A stretch of DNA of 64,000 nucleotides, from positions 1-64,000 of the forward strand of contig CT868057.1 in assembly GCA_000165425.1 (NCBI GenBank), written 5' to 3'. How positions within the stretch are numbered: position 1 is the stretch's first letter; each line of letters opens with the position of its first letter. Below are positions 40,521 to 52,993 of this stretch, one piece after another. This DNA comes from Paramecium tetraurelia. Taxonomy: Eukaryota. The notes under the pieces were generated by a model, which worked only from the letters and a program-made list of their open reading frames with translations, was not told the DNA's origin and did no database searches. The translations under genes and the position numbers were made by a program.

Positions 40521-40754
40521 ATGGAATTGTAATTTCAAATATCTAGCGAGTAACACACATCAGATAAGCAATTCGCTACTTGGAAGAACAAAAATAAATG
40601 CAAACTCTCAGACATTTAAATAGATTTGTTTTATCGCCTGAAATCTTGTTCTGCTTATATAAAATTAAACCAAATAACAAGTGAAACTTAATTTCAAATT
40701 TTCACTTTCATCATTTCCCTCCTTCGTATACAATTATTTTAATTCACTTTGTGA
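40521..40754 (+). CDS. Short hypothetical ORF (77 aa)
   Basis: Open ATG..TGA frame divergent from the Myb gene; no motif recognised. Confidence 0.2.
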
Positions 40755-41443
40755 TCTTTAATTTTCAAAATCACTTCTTAAATTGAAAAATTATCACTTT
40801 TTCATGTGAAGATAGGAAGAGAATTGATAAGTAAAAACTTTGAACAAAAACATGTAAACTTATTATTTTTCATAGTCTAACTTATATAATTTTAAATATA
40901 TTATTTTAAATTGGAATTAATTACAGAAAATATTTGTAATTATTTCCTTTATAAATCTTAAAGGATTAAATAAAATTTCAAATTTCGTAAAGAAGTGCTT
41001 TATTATTCCTGCATTTGATTCTTAACAAAAACCTTGCTATTGAATAATTCATATTTTTATTAAGTAAATTATTGGAACTTTTTAATCAATAAAATCAATT
41101 TTTGAATTTATTTTATTTTTGATTAATACGAGTGGATATCTATAAATAGACACGCAGAGACCCAATTTTCAAATTGCGTTTGCGCATCTTAAATGCTTCG
41201 GTCATGGCAATAATATTAGCGTGTGAACATATTGTCGGCTAATTGGGTGAGTAGTTTTAAAATAGTCTAATAAGAGAGTGGAATTCGATAGATTCGATAA
41301 TAGCTTTGATTTTATATTAATTCAAAAGAGTGAGGGGGATGAGATAAAGTTAATGATAATTTTAAATATTAAATAAATACAACTAAGATTAAATGGTGAC
41401 AAAAGATTTAAAAGTGAATGAATTATTGATTATTAATAATATA

Positions 41444-42119
41444 ATGTCTTAAATAAAGTTTAGCTTACGCCAGCAAGTATAATTTGGACAAGGTTTATAC
41501 TTGGCAAGTTCTTAAAATAATTGGAAAATAGATGAAAGTTGTAGGATGACTTGTATTAAGGTAATTAAGTGTTCAGATATGTAGAGTAATCGATGGGAAC
41601 TTCTATTTCAAGTAACTGATGAGCAATTAGAGTACAAATATGTGATTGCTGATTATGATAATCCTTCGTTAAACACCTAAATTTGGGAAAGAGGCAGCAA
41701 CAGAAATCTCTGTAAATCTAAATCAATTGGTTCCCAAACTATAAGTATACTATCATATTCAATAATATCATAGAAGATAAGTGGGAGAAAAGAATGATTT
41801 CTCTCAAACTAATGGCTTTAAATAAAAATTCTTTGGCCATGATAATTGGGAGCTTTCCTGCTCTGCCAACTCCAATTCAAATGAAATTGTTAGAAAAGAA
41901 GTCCGTGATGTATTTCACTGCAAAATTTTACATCGACATCGCTTATTCGGATTAAGTGATCCAATTTCAATATTATTTGCTGATAAAAGATCCTAGTAAT
42001 ATGTTTTTCGACTTTTAGCCCCCATTGAATTCATTAGTACTCCTATAACTCTTGGTATTTCGGAAAGAACTTAAGAAATATGTCAACCAATCTCCTTTTA
42101 TAGAATTGCTCTATGTTGA
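41444..42119 (+). CDS. CBM20 (starch/glycogen-binding) domain protein, copy 1
   Basis: KFSLRQQVQFGQGLYL..NNWK..RMTCIK^SNRWE..LEYKYVI..IWERGSNR; second degenerate CBM-like module; three introns. Confidence 0.82.
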
Positions 42120-42393
42120 TTATAATATTATTTATTTATAGATTTCATTCATATTTTTTCTATGATGTTATTATTGGACATGACTTCTTCGATGAGTAGT
42201 TCCACTCAACCAACACTCAAAAAGAAGTGTGATTGAGATTGCTGACCTATTGGTAACAAGTAGTTTTTGAGATCGCTCTAATTTTAACAGAGTAAATTTG
42301 GATTAATATTATAAAAGATATAATTCCTACAAATTCCAATTAATTATGAGTTAAAGCATAAATTAAAAAATTAGCAATAGCATCATTAATATA

Positions 42394-43097
42394 ATGGAAT
42401 CGTCTTAAATCTTTTTTACAATAAATAAACAAGTCAATTATGGAGAAGCAATCTATGTAGTCTTTAATTTCGCCAATTGGAACTTGAGAGAGGCTTTTAG
42501 AATGGAATGTCAAAAGGTTTTGTAAATTTTCATTTTTACTAGATTGATCAATGGAGTAGGGAAATCGAGATCTCCTGTCCTTACTTTGAGTACAAATATG
42601 TTATTGGACAGTACGATAACATATTGGAAGGGGAAATAGTCTGGGAAGAAGGGCCAAATAGATCTTCTGAAAACTTGAAATTATTGCAAATGAGTTAGAG
42701 TAAAATCTAATTCACAGATGTGTGGGAGAAAAGAAATTTGATGTTCTTCCTACTAGACAAAGAGCAAAATAGAAAGAGGAAAAAGTGCCTGGAACATGAC
42801 ATCCTATTATTTGGATAAGTGAAGGCTTTGAATTCACCAGTTAAATTTTCTAATTGTTAATTAAGCTAAAAATCATAATTATACTATATAAATTTACAAC
42901 TTGAACCAGACGAGATTACCACCCCTATACAAATCCAAATCTACATGCAGACTCAATTTAAAAAACGTATTTATAAATTATTATTTTAAGGTTTCATAGA
43001 AATTATCTCCAAAAATGTTAAACTGGACTTCAGAAATAAACCAATCAATATCTGTGAAGAAATATTACCTGAATCTAAATGCTACCTTCTCAAATGA
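42394..43097 (+). CDS. CBM20 (starch/glycogen-binding) domain protein, copy 2
   Basis: FFTINKQVNYGEAIYV..ANWN..RMECQK^IDQWS..FEYKYVI..VWEEGPNR..DVWEKR. Confidence 0.85.
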
Positions 43098-43586
43098 TAA
43101 AATCTATGTTTTTATATAAAATTAATTTACTGCTTTTTTTTTTTATAATTAATTACATTGATAAACATAATTAAAAATTTATAAACTTCTCTAAAACAGT
43201 TTTTAATAACAATTGAATTTATATTATATTAATACATTAATAATTTCGAAGAAATAACCCAAGAAGAAACTAATTTAATTTCGTTGTACTACTTATATTG
43301 CAGGCACTGTAAAATAAAATTTAATCTTACTACTCCTTTTTTCTATGAATTCTTCAAAGTGTGCTCAAAAATATTTTTCCTTTTACTGAAGAAATTTATT
43401 GTTACACCTAACTTAAACAGAACCAATCTTAAACCACAATTCGACTTTCTTTCCTTATGGAACTTATAGATTCTTTTGAAGTTTATTTTATTTACATAAT
43501 CTTTTTATATCATTTATTATATCTCTCATTATTAAAAAATTAACGAAGAAATTATAATATAAAGAATAATAATAAATTTGTATATT

Positions 43587-46500
43587 TCAGATCATTCTCA
43601 TTATTTAAGCAATTTCTTTCGATAAGATTTATAAGGAGGGTGTAACAACACTGATAATTGCAGCAATCATAGCAATAATTACGATTATTATCAACATTTA
43701 CCATGGGAACACAAAAATTAATGGCAATTATGTGAATAAGGTCTATTGCAATGCCATCGACTGTCCAATAACAAATCCAACCATCAATCCAATAAAACTA
43801 GAACTGAAAACTAATGTGAATGCCTCCATAATGTAAACCATAGTAATTGAAAACTTTGTATTTCCAATGGCTCTAAGCACAGAGATTTCCTTAACTTATT
43901 CTAACATATTGGCAGACATTGAAGTCATAAGACTGAAAAATGACAATACCATAACAACTCCAGTTAAGAAACTGAATATGATTTGAATTAGATTCTGACT
44001 TTGCTTAATAGATTTTTCGTAATCTCTATAATCCCATATCTTAGCTGAAGTTACTTTGCTATCAATGTACTTTTTGAATTATCCATAAACAGCGTCAATG
44101 CTACCAGAACTAGATACAGAAATGAGTAATCTTCTCATAGGGTAATTTTCAACTGCATCAATCAAATTTCCACACAACCTCCTGTAAGTAGGTAAGGAAA
44201 CGACAACATTTTATTCTTAAACACTTGGTAAACTACTGAATTTAAGGGCAGGTGCTGATGTGATTATTGAGGATGCCCTCATTTGATGATATTGACTATA
44301 AGTATTATTGTAGACAACTAGAAGGAAAGTGCTGTCAATGTCAATTTTGATGTTGAGTTGATCTGCATAACTGGTACCAATCATAGCACTTTAACTTCCT
44401 CGACTTGTATATAATTATTCAACTGGATTCAATTTACTATTAATTTGATCTTCGACCTTTAGAAATTGATTGAATCCCATGTCCAATAGAGTATGTGAGA
44501 CACCCACAACCTTAGGTCTGAGTTGATAAACTTAGCCTAAATGGGTCATATACGTTGTTGAAAATCCGAGTCTTTGCATGTAACTATCCAAAGGGTTCGG
44601 TGATCCATGCAAAACCAGAGATGTTGCTTCCTAAATCTAATATTATTTTTTCAAATTCAAATGGGGAAAGATTACCATCGGAGGAAGTTATTTCAAGTTT
44701 GCAGCCATGCTATTAAAGGGTCTGCGTTGCTTAATTTTCAATCTGCACACTCATCCCAACAAAAATGAAAATTACAAAAGCTATTGATAAGGCATACATC
44801 AATGCTGTTCTTCTATTTTTGATCTAAATAAATTACACTTATTATTACCCTATGTGCAGCAAGATTCTTCAACACCATTGTTTTCTTGGCTGAACTTGCC
44901 CAAAATAAGAATAGATAAACAGTAAATCTTTCCGCAAGGTATTAAATATTGAATGCGAATATAACCAATCCTAGGAGCATACCACATAAAATGAAGAAGA
45001 ATATAGACAACAGTAATCCAATGTTGAATGACAATAAGGCCAATGGTAAGAAGTAATAAACACAAATTCCAAACAATGAAGCTATTACAGCAAATTAGAT
45101 TCTGCCCCAAGGCAAAGATTTGCCCTCTAGATCCACCTCTATTTTAACTGCAGTTGATTTTGATCTGTTGATATCCAATGCAAAACTTAATTACTTACTT
45201 AATGCTTCTTTTATGGGAACGTAAGAACTTATTAAAGGTATCAGCAATCCCAATCCGAGGGACATGAATGTGGCATTAGTAGTCGGAGTTGCTTCGATCT
45301 CAATTCCAATGGAGGCTTTGAGTGCATTACTGGCATATAATAGAAAAGGTATTGAAAGGATGATACCAGCAACTATAGCTGGTAGGACATAACTCAAAGC
45401 TTGAGTCAATACTATGAATACTACACCCAACTTATTAAAACCTAACACTCTCAAAACTCCCAAGTCGTAAGTCTTTGTCTCTACTGAAATCAATAACAAA
45501 GTATATAACAGTAAAACACTCAACAAAAACAATATCACAATGATCATATTCAGTATGATACCCAAAAATAGTTAACCGAATCTAGTATCATACAGTTTTT
45601 ATAAGACAGGCAAATCCATATTGCAAGGATACACTCCCAAATCTCTTCTTATGTTACTGGCATATTTGGTTATCCTTCCTTGTATATTCTCGTAATTGCT
45701 ATCCATGTATATATTAAATCTATTGGGAATATTGATTCTGATTTCATCCACATAATCTTCAGGATTAGCTGTATACATCGCCTTTAAATATGGCTTATCC
45801 CATGACCAATATGCAAGATTATTAAAGAAGTGTTTGTGTTCTACAATGATTAATTTATCAGCATCCCCATCTGGGAATTTACCATATGTTGAATCCAACA
45901 ATCCTTTCACCTAATACAAGTAAAATCTTTAAGTTGCCTTTTTCAAGTCACTAAACTCCTAATTTAGAAATGTATCATTGTAAGTGGTCGAATTGAATTG
46001 TCTACCTAGCTAATCAAAGTAGTTCTCTATATAATATGCCCCATAAAAGTCATAAAATTCTCCATAGATCAACATGTAATCTCCCACATTCAAATGATAT
46101 GTTTCTGCTAATTTCCTACTCATTATCACCTCTGTTTCTTTCAGTTCATCAAAAGGATATTCCCATCCCAAACCAATTTGCTTCTCTTTTTTTGTATCAA
46201 GTGCCACAAATTTTGCTGTTGGATGTGGCTATGATCCTCCGCATTTCTGACCCAATTACTGCCCATCTCTTAAATCATTAAAATGAGCTTCACTTCCAAA
46301 TTCTTATCTTTTTGATAACAATTGTTGAGCTTTATTTACCGACTAATGATAAAATATCAATGTATACATTCTCACAATCCCCTGTCTTTAGCAAATATGT
46401 GAAATTTACTTGTTACTCAATTCTAGGACTTGATTAATTTGCCCTTTCTGGTCCTAACACTTCTTTCACTCTTGTGTAGTTTAGAAAGTCAACTATTAGA

Positions 46501-46872
46501 TATCCTTTTTGTCTAGAAGTTAAACTTTAGATTGACATTAAATATTGAGGAGACTTGTCATGTTCTTAACTTAAATAACTCGGATTTGCAGTCAACCTAA
46601 TCTAAAATTGTAGAATACGCTATGTCTGATTATCCAGCTGGACCTTCTGCTGATTTCAAAAATATAAGAGGAGCTCTATCGATTATTGACTAACTCACTG
46701 CGCTTGCAGCAACCACAATCAACACACTAAAAAACGATACGCAATATCCACAAGGCCTCCTTTTCAATTCATACCATGATTGTCCTATCATAAATAACAA
46801 CGACGAACAAATAGACATGGAAGTACCTTAAGGAACCATAGAGTCCTTTCTCTATATAGGTTAAGGTTGCAT
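43587..46872 (-). CDS. FtsX/MacB-like permease (two FtsX-type membrane domains)
   Basis: LLLISVETKTYDLGVLRVLG and MSANMLEQVKEISVLRAIG motifs, each followed by TM helices; large extracytoplasmic loops; no ATPase domain. Confidence 0.9.
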
Positions 46873-47002
46873 TTATAATTAAATATTATTAAATGAACCA
46901 TTATATAATCCATAGAATACTTATCTAATATATTAATCAATCTTAATATTCTTAAATAGAAACAATTAGTTTAGCTCTTATGTACTCATACAAGTTTAAT
47001 AT

Positions 47003-48290
47003 ATGGGTGTGCCAAAGTTATACTCTTTTGTAAAAGACCAAATATGTGATGCACGATAAAATATAATTTATTGTATCGTATGTCTTATGAAAATATCATA
47101 ATATCCCCCCTTTTGCAAATTTAAACTGAAATTGCATAAAACCAACATTTGGTGGAGAAGATAGAGCTAGCCAGCCCATTATTTATGAATAAACTTTTTT
47201 TAAATTCCAATTTTTTAATCATTATTAACTATTTGCATTGTGTAATAGCTCTATTCTATGTGTTTGAATTTAAATACACCCTCATTTTCTCTTCTACCTT
47301 TATCATCTAAAAACTTTAAGCACAATCCACCTAAGGTTAAATCTCCATGATAATTGCATATGATCCCCTTTACGTTCTTATTAAATAAATTTTAGATTCA
47401 TAGAAGTTGAAAACTTTACTTGGTTAAAAATGGACCATATATTTACCCAAATGAGATTTTGATAAGGATAAAAGAAGAGATTTTATAATAATATAGGATC
47501 ATTATGTAATCATGATGGTAGAGCAAACTATAAATTTATTTTATTAAAGAGTATAATAGCAGCTTCATGATCAGAAAATTATTACTTCAGACCAGACTAT
47601 GATCCCAATGGAGTAATAGATCAATTCTAATAACGGGTAAACTGAAATATTAGAGGAGAATGAAACTTTAAGGAAAGAGAAAATTTATGAAAATAGGACT
47701 AATATAAATTAAAAAGTGATCTAAAGATAAGATTTTAAGCTCTATTTCATTTTAATGGTTGAAATGCGGTTGAATGATAGTAACAGATGTTATACCTTTT
47801 TGAGCAAAGAGAGAAATATATTTGGAGGTTGAAGTAGAAAAAGTTAAATAAAATTGTTTGGTTCCAGTATTAGAAGATATATAGCAATATCGTTTCATAT
47901 ATAATATCAAATAGATCAAAGGAATTGGAAGGATGATTTTATGAAAAGAATTTCATAAGAAGAATAAAAATATGAAGAAATTGAGGAATAAAAGAAAAGA
48001 GTTGAAAACTTTGAGGATCTTTTGGAGGATTTAACAAAGTCTGATAATGTAAATATGAGCATTTAAACAAATTTAGAGAGAGATTAAGGAGGTCAAATTT
48101 AATGAGTCAAATATTAAAAAAATAATAGAGGAAGTCGTTAAACAATTACGATCAAAGTATACTACCTAGTGTCATGAGGAATTATCAATAACAAAAATAA
48201 TTGGAGGAGTTAAATAAAAATTAAGTCAAAGGGCTGTTACTATCAGAAAGATAATCAAATAGTAATTGATGCCAAAAGAAACACTAAATT
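47003..48290 (+). pseudogene. Degenerate coiled-coil/hypothetical gene
   Basis: Glu/Lys-rich coding-like sequence with frame breaks; boundaries approximate. Confidence 0.3.
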
Positions 48291-48314
48291 AATATTATTT
48301 TTATATATATATAT

Positions 48315-48930
48315 TTCATTTGTCCTCTATGAAAAAGAATCTCCATAGTTCTATGCACAAGATTTCAGGTCCTCGTTAAATGGTTATTTTCGATGGGGAA
48401 GAATCCAGGCTCTAAAGAAGGATATTTAGAGGTTACAAGTTCTGTATTATTAAGAGCATTCAACTGATAAAATTAAATTTTGTTGGGAATAGTCTCCTAT
48501 TAATAAAGTGAACGATTTCAACTTTCAGAAAATCAATAATGTAAACCAATAGGATATGGATATTCATGTCCGTAATAGTTATTAGCTCCCATAATTACAC
48601 AAGCGTAAAAATCTATTAAATAACGAATGCTTCGTTGTATCTCCATAATTAACCGTTGGTTTATGAATCATATATATATTTAGAATCTGAATCAAAATTT
48701 GGGAAATATGCTAAACGATACACTTAGGATTCGGACATATTCTCACTCAAAATTCCCATTGATAAATAATATTCTCAGCACTCATCGGCATATGGTCAGT
48801 TTTATTTTTAACCAGAGTATACGCTCACAAAAACGAAGCCTGTATTTAAATATCATACAGCAAAAAGTCAAATTCTTGGCAACTCTAGGCTAGAATACAT
48901 TAAATTAAGGTAAGAATTGGCTTGATCATT
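48315..48930 (-). pseudogene. Remnant of a secreted-protein gene
   Basis: Signal-like start MIKPILTLIQCILAQSCQEFDFLLY followed by in-frame TGAs and frameshifts. Confidence 0.3.
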
Positions 48931-49263
48931 TTATATTAAAATATACGATTAAATAAGTGTTTAATTAAGTTCTCTATAATTTTCAGATAATTAATTAAAG
49001 GGAAAAATAAAATTTAAATTTTATTTTTCAGATGATTCAATTATTCCAAGTAATTATTGCATTTTTTCATTTTAATTGTAATAAATCCTTTGATCAAACT
49101 ACAATACGTAATGATTGCCTTATTGATTGCATGTTCACAAAAGTAGAATCTCTTCTTCGACTTTGCAATTGATTTTATCCTCTATATATTTATTCAATCA
49201 TAAAATAACAAGAAAAACCAAGTTCATTTACATTTAACTAAAAACATAAACGAATATTCAAAA

Positions 49264-49656
49264 TCAAGAACAAGGACCTGATCTTCTTCTCCTTAGGAGA
49301 GTGCTTTCATTAAGAGAAATCAAGATGGGAACTTTTCTTTCTTATTTGTACAATTTATCAAAAACAACTACATATCGTTTCAATTTGTCCTAATGATGCT
49401 GTTGAGCATGAACGTGTCTTTTGACCTGTTCTCGATGTAATTAGTCGATAGCGGCTAATTGTGGGTTATTTAGAAGTTCATCCGTTGCAAGCAAATCGAC
49501 TTCACTTTATTATGAATCGTTTTCTGGTGTTTTTTCTATTATCACTATGTCGTCCAGTTTACTAATAATTGGAAGGAGAGATTATTAGTTGCTGATAGTA
49601 AGGTCTTATGGTTAGTTAGTTTATTGTTATGTTTTTTTAGAATGGCAAACTCCCAT
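49264..49656 (-). CDS. 130-aa hypothetical protein with N-terminal myristoylation/palmitoylation motif
   Basis: Intronless MGVCHSKK...VPILISLNESTLLRRRRSGPCS*. Confidence 0.75.
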
Positions 49657-49873
49657 AATGAAAGTAAGGAGACTTCTAATTAATTAAATTATTTTTCAAT
49701 ATAACCGATGTGGGCTGTTTAAAATACTAATATAAAAAAAAGATACAGTTTCATAATCAATTCATCCTACTCTTAAAAGCCATCTGTCTTATAGAACATT
49801 CCATAAAGGGCGTCTTTTCTCTGCAATATAAGATTATAATTTGATATAAATCTGAATAATAAACTTAAAACAA

Positions 49874-51184
49874 ATGAACTTGATTAAAATACTAATCTTA
49901 CTCATTACATTGTGTACACTAACTCAAGCTCAAATATTGTCTCAGTAATTAGACAATGACAAACAAAAACTAGTAATAAGCTTAGAGAACTTGGAAAATG
50001 AGGCTGTCATTAATTTCTAAAATAAGGAGGTAAGAATTAGTTTTATTTCAGGGTCAATTTGTAGATCAACTTTTTTGCTAGAGAAGTAAATGTGAATGCA
50101 TATTTACACAGTCCAATACTTCAGAGGAACATATTGAAATTTAGGAATGTAGTGAGAACAAATTAATAATACAAAGAAACAACTCATAACTCATAGCCAG
50201 TTTGAGTTCATCTCCATAGAGAAGAATGGTTGAAGTCTACTCTGACAGTGACATGACTGACTCAAAAACTATTGATTCGAGATTGACAATAAAATGGAAA
50301 TTCAACAGTGATGGTACTATAGAATTTGCCACAATTTGGAACAAATTGACCTGGTTGGGCGTTGGATTTGGAACGTCTGTAAGATATATTATTAATTTCA
50401 AGATGAGTAACACTGACATGATAGCTATTAATATCTCAGGAAGCACTGTTGAGTTGTTGGACCTCTATTCAACATCTTAGAACACTCCTCCAACTGACTC
50501 CCAATAAGACTATACATTAATTTCGTATGAAGTAGGAAGTGCTTCAGTTAAAACAAGATTCAAGAGAAAACTTTCCACTGGAGACTCCAAAGACAAGACC
50601 CTAGCAAAAGGAAGCTCCTATAATTGGTGTTATGTTTATTCAAGTGCTTAATGTATTTCTATTAAATCTATTTCTTAGAAATGGAAAGACATACAGTTAA
50701 TTTAGGATTTTCAATTACTCTCGCTGACAGTGGAACTTCATCTTCTTCATCATCAGGAAGTAGTTCATCCTCATCGGGAAGTGGTTCTACTTCATCCTCA
50801 GGAAGTGGTTCTACTTCATCTTCAGGCACTGGTACTTCCTCATCTGGAACAGGTACTACCTCATCCGGAACTGGAACCACCTCATCTGGAACTGGTACTA
50901 CATCATCTGGAACTGGTACTACCTCTTCTGGAACCGATACTACATCAGGAACTGGTACTGGTACTACCTCTTCTGGAACAGGAACTACATCTTCTGGAAC
51001 TGGAACTGGTACTACCTCATCAGGAACTGGTACTACTTCAGCTGGAAGTGAATCTACAGCACCAGGAACTGATTCTAATGAAAGTTCAGAAAATGAAGAT
51101 TCCGATTCCGATTCAGACTCAACAAAATCCTCATTACAAATCTCATTGGGCATCATTTGCTTGATTTAGATAATTTTATTTTGA
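49874..51184 (+). CDS. DOMON-domain surface protein with Ser/Gly/Thr stalk and GPI-signal-like tail
   Basis: Signal peptide; WLGVGFGTS^MSNTDM..LLDLYS..FKRKLSTGDSKD..MERH; hydrophobic C-terminus. Confidence 0.9.
50710..51065 (+). repeat. Coding tandem repeat, ~21-27 nt units encoding (G)TGTTSSG
   Basis: Repeated ggaactggtactacctcttct-like units with synonymous variation. Confidence 0.9.
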
Positions 51185-51215
51185 TATAGATTGATATTGT
51201 TAAATAGATAAAGTA

Positions 51216-52591
51216 TCACCTTTTTAATAAATTTTCTTTTTGAATTTAAAAACTCTATTGTTACATGTTCAAAACCTAATGAATATTATAGGGCCTATTC
51301 AATGGATTATATTTATTATTAGTAGAATATCGTTCAAAGCTTTGTTCTTTTTTATCAAAGATTTCTAAGATCGTTTCTTTCCACCTACTCTTTTGATTTG
51401 ATCTTTATTGCGAGATTGAGCTTTCTTTAAGTCTACTCTTTTTATCACTTTCATTCAACTTATTCCAAATTTCATTGGTTCTGTCATTTTTAATAGGACT
51501 GAATTTCTACTAAATAGGAATCATTTTGGAATCTGAGGTTAATCTCTCTTCTGTCGATTAGGTAAGAGATTGAATGCGAATTAACTATCTTTGGGATGTC
51601 AATAGTGAGGATTTCTATTCATTCACACATATTTTACTATTTACAGAGATTGAGATGGGGCAGTCATGATTTTTTCAATTTCAATTAAGAATTTGCTCAT
51701 ATCTTCAGGAACTCCCTTTAAGTTCCTTAATTCTTCCTGATACTTAGCCATCAATTAAATTTATGATTCCTTGAGATAATCCTAAAAATTACATATTCAT
51801 TCTCTTGTTTTTAGATTTCTAACAATTACTAAGTTTCAAGCGCATTAACCTCATTAATAAGACTGTTCTTCTTTTATTCCAAAGCAATAACTTACTAATG
51901 ATATGGTTACAAATAACATTACCTTCTGAAATTCTTGACTGATCTCGTCTCTAGTAGATTGGCACTTTTACTAGAATTGGAATTTCTAATCTTGAATATC
52001 TCTGATGGATTCAAACTTATTTTTGAAACTTTTATCCAATCTCTCCAAATATAATTGCACTCTTTCATTCAAAGCAGAAGTCATATCGGTTTTGGCAATG
52101 AGGGATTCCTTATTTTTCTTGATATCCTTAACTTCAGAGGTTTCCTTGGTTTAGTCCACTTTTTGAAATTATAAAGTGTTTGCATTTTTATCTTTTTTTT
52201 ATTCAAATAGATCATCATAGGCTAATTCAGCAGTGAAGTTGCCCTTGGATTCTCTTATAGTTTCGGATTATTTTAGATCGAAATCATTATCCACATTGTG
52301 TTCCTCCTAATTCTATTCGATTAGTGGAATGATGATTTCCTTGATCACATATTGAATTGCCTCGATAGTGTCTGGATCAAGGTGAGTTTCATATTGGCAC
52401 TTTGAACAGATGGCTACTTTCACAGTGTCTTGAGATTCTGGGTTCTGTTGTTGAGATTGCAAATAATTGTAGGCTAAACATACGAGACAGAACTTGTGAT
52501 CACAATCCAATTTGACGTAATTGTCAGGAGTTGTTTGACATTAAGAGCAGGCCACTTCGAAGTTCGTGTCGCTGTCTTGTGTTTCATTCAT
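51216..52591 (-). CDS. RING (C3HC4) finger + coiled-coil protein
   Basis: CSQC..LDCDHKFCLVC..ICSKC; one central intron; TGA 51216-51218. Confidence 0.85.
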
Positions 52592-52629
52592 TTTTAAATT
52601 TAATATATATAAAATGTGAAAGCATTAAC

Positions 52630-52972
52630 TCATAATTTAACATCCCTATATATTAGCTCATATATAAATACTCTAAAGTTCTAACCAGAACAATGTTTTC
52701 TCCTTTCAATAGGATTTTTCCCAATTCTTTGGTTGCCTTTGTCTTGCGGTCATATTCCACGGCTCTGTCCAACACCAAATTCAAATATTCGTCAAAACCC
52801 TAAAAAGGTAGAAGCTCAACTAAATTACGGCCAATTTGCCTTGAATACGAAGATTGTCATTTTCCACCAGCCAGATCTCCAACTGAGTTTTCTCTGTAAA
52901 TAATGTGAAGAAGGCATGAAGGGGCTGTGTTATTTTCTTTTGTGGCTTTCTTTAATACGGGGGATGCTACAT
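52630..52972 (-). CDS. SNRPE: Small nuclear ribonucleoprotein E (SmE)
   Basis: [25 protein letters not shown]^[24 protein letters not shown]; two introns. Confidence 0.93.
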
Positions 52973-52993
52973 ATCTTAATTTAATTAATTAAA
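52973..52993. promoter_or_regulatory. 21-bp spacer between divergent start codons (putative bidirectional promoter core)
   Basis: atcttaatttaattaattaaa, containing the 14-bp palindrome tttaattaattaaa at 52980-52993. Confidence 0.55.

Noticed and set aside
47003..47060. XRN exonuclease start (MGVPKL)
   Set aside because: No downstream XRN motifs such as DMNGIIH or DGVAPRAK.
48315..48930. RNase T2 (FDFLLY..SF start)
   Set aside because: No HGLWP or HEWxKHG motifs could be recovered.
50710..51065. CRISPR-like or transposon repeat
   Set aside because: No unique spacers or terminal repeats; it is an in-frame coding repeat.
50668..51164. Alternative-frame ORFs over the repeat (VVPVPDE antisense; ELVLPHLE shifted frame)
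   Set aside because: Shadows of the Ser/Gly/Thr repeat; third-position variation fits the DOMON frame.
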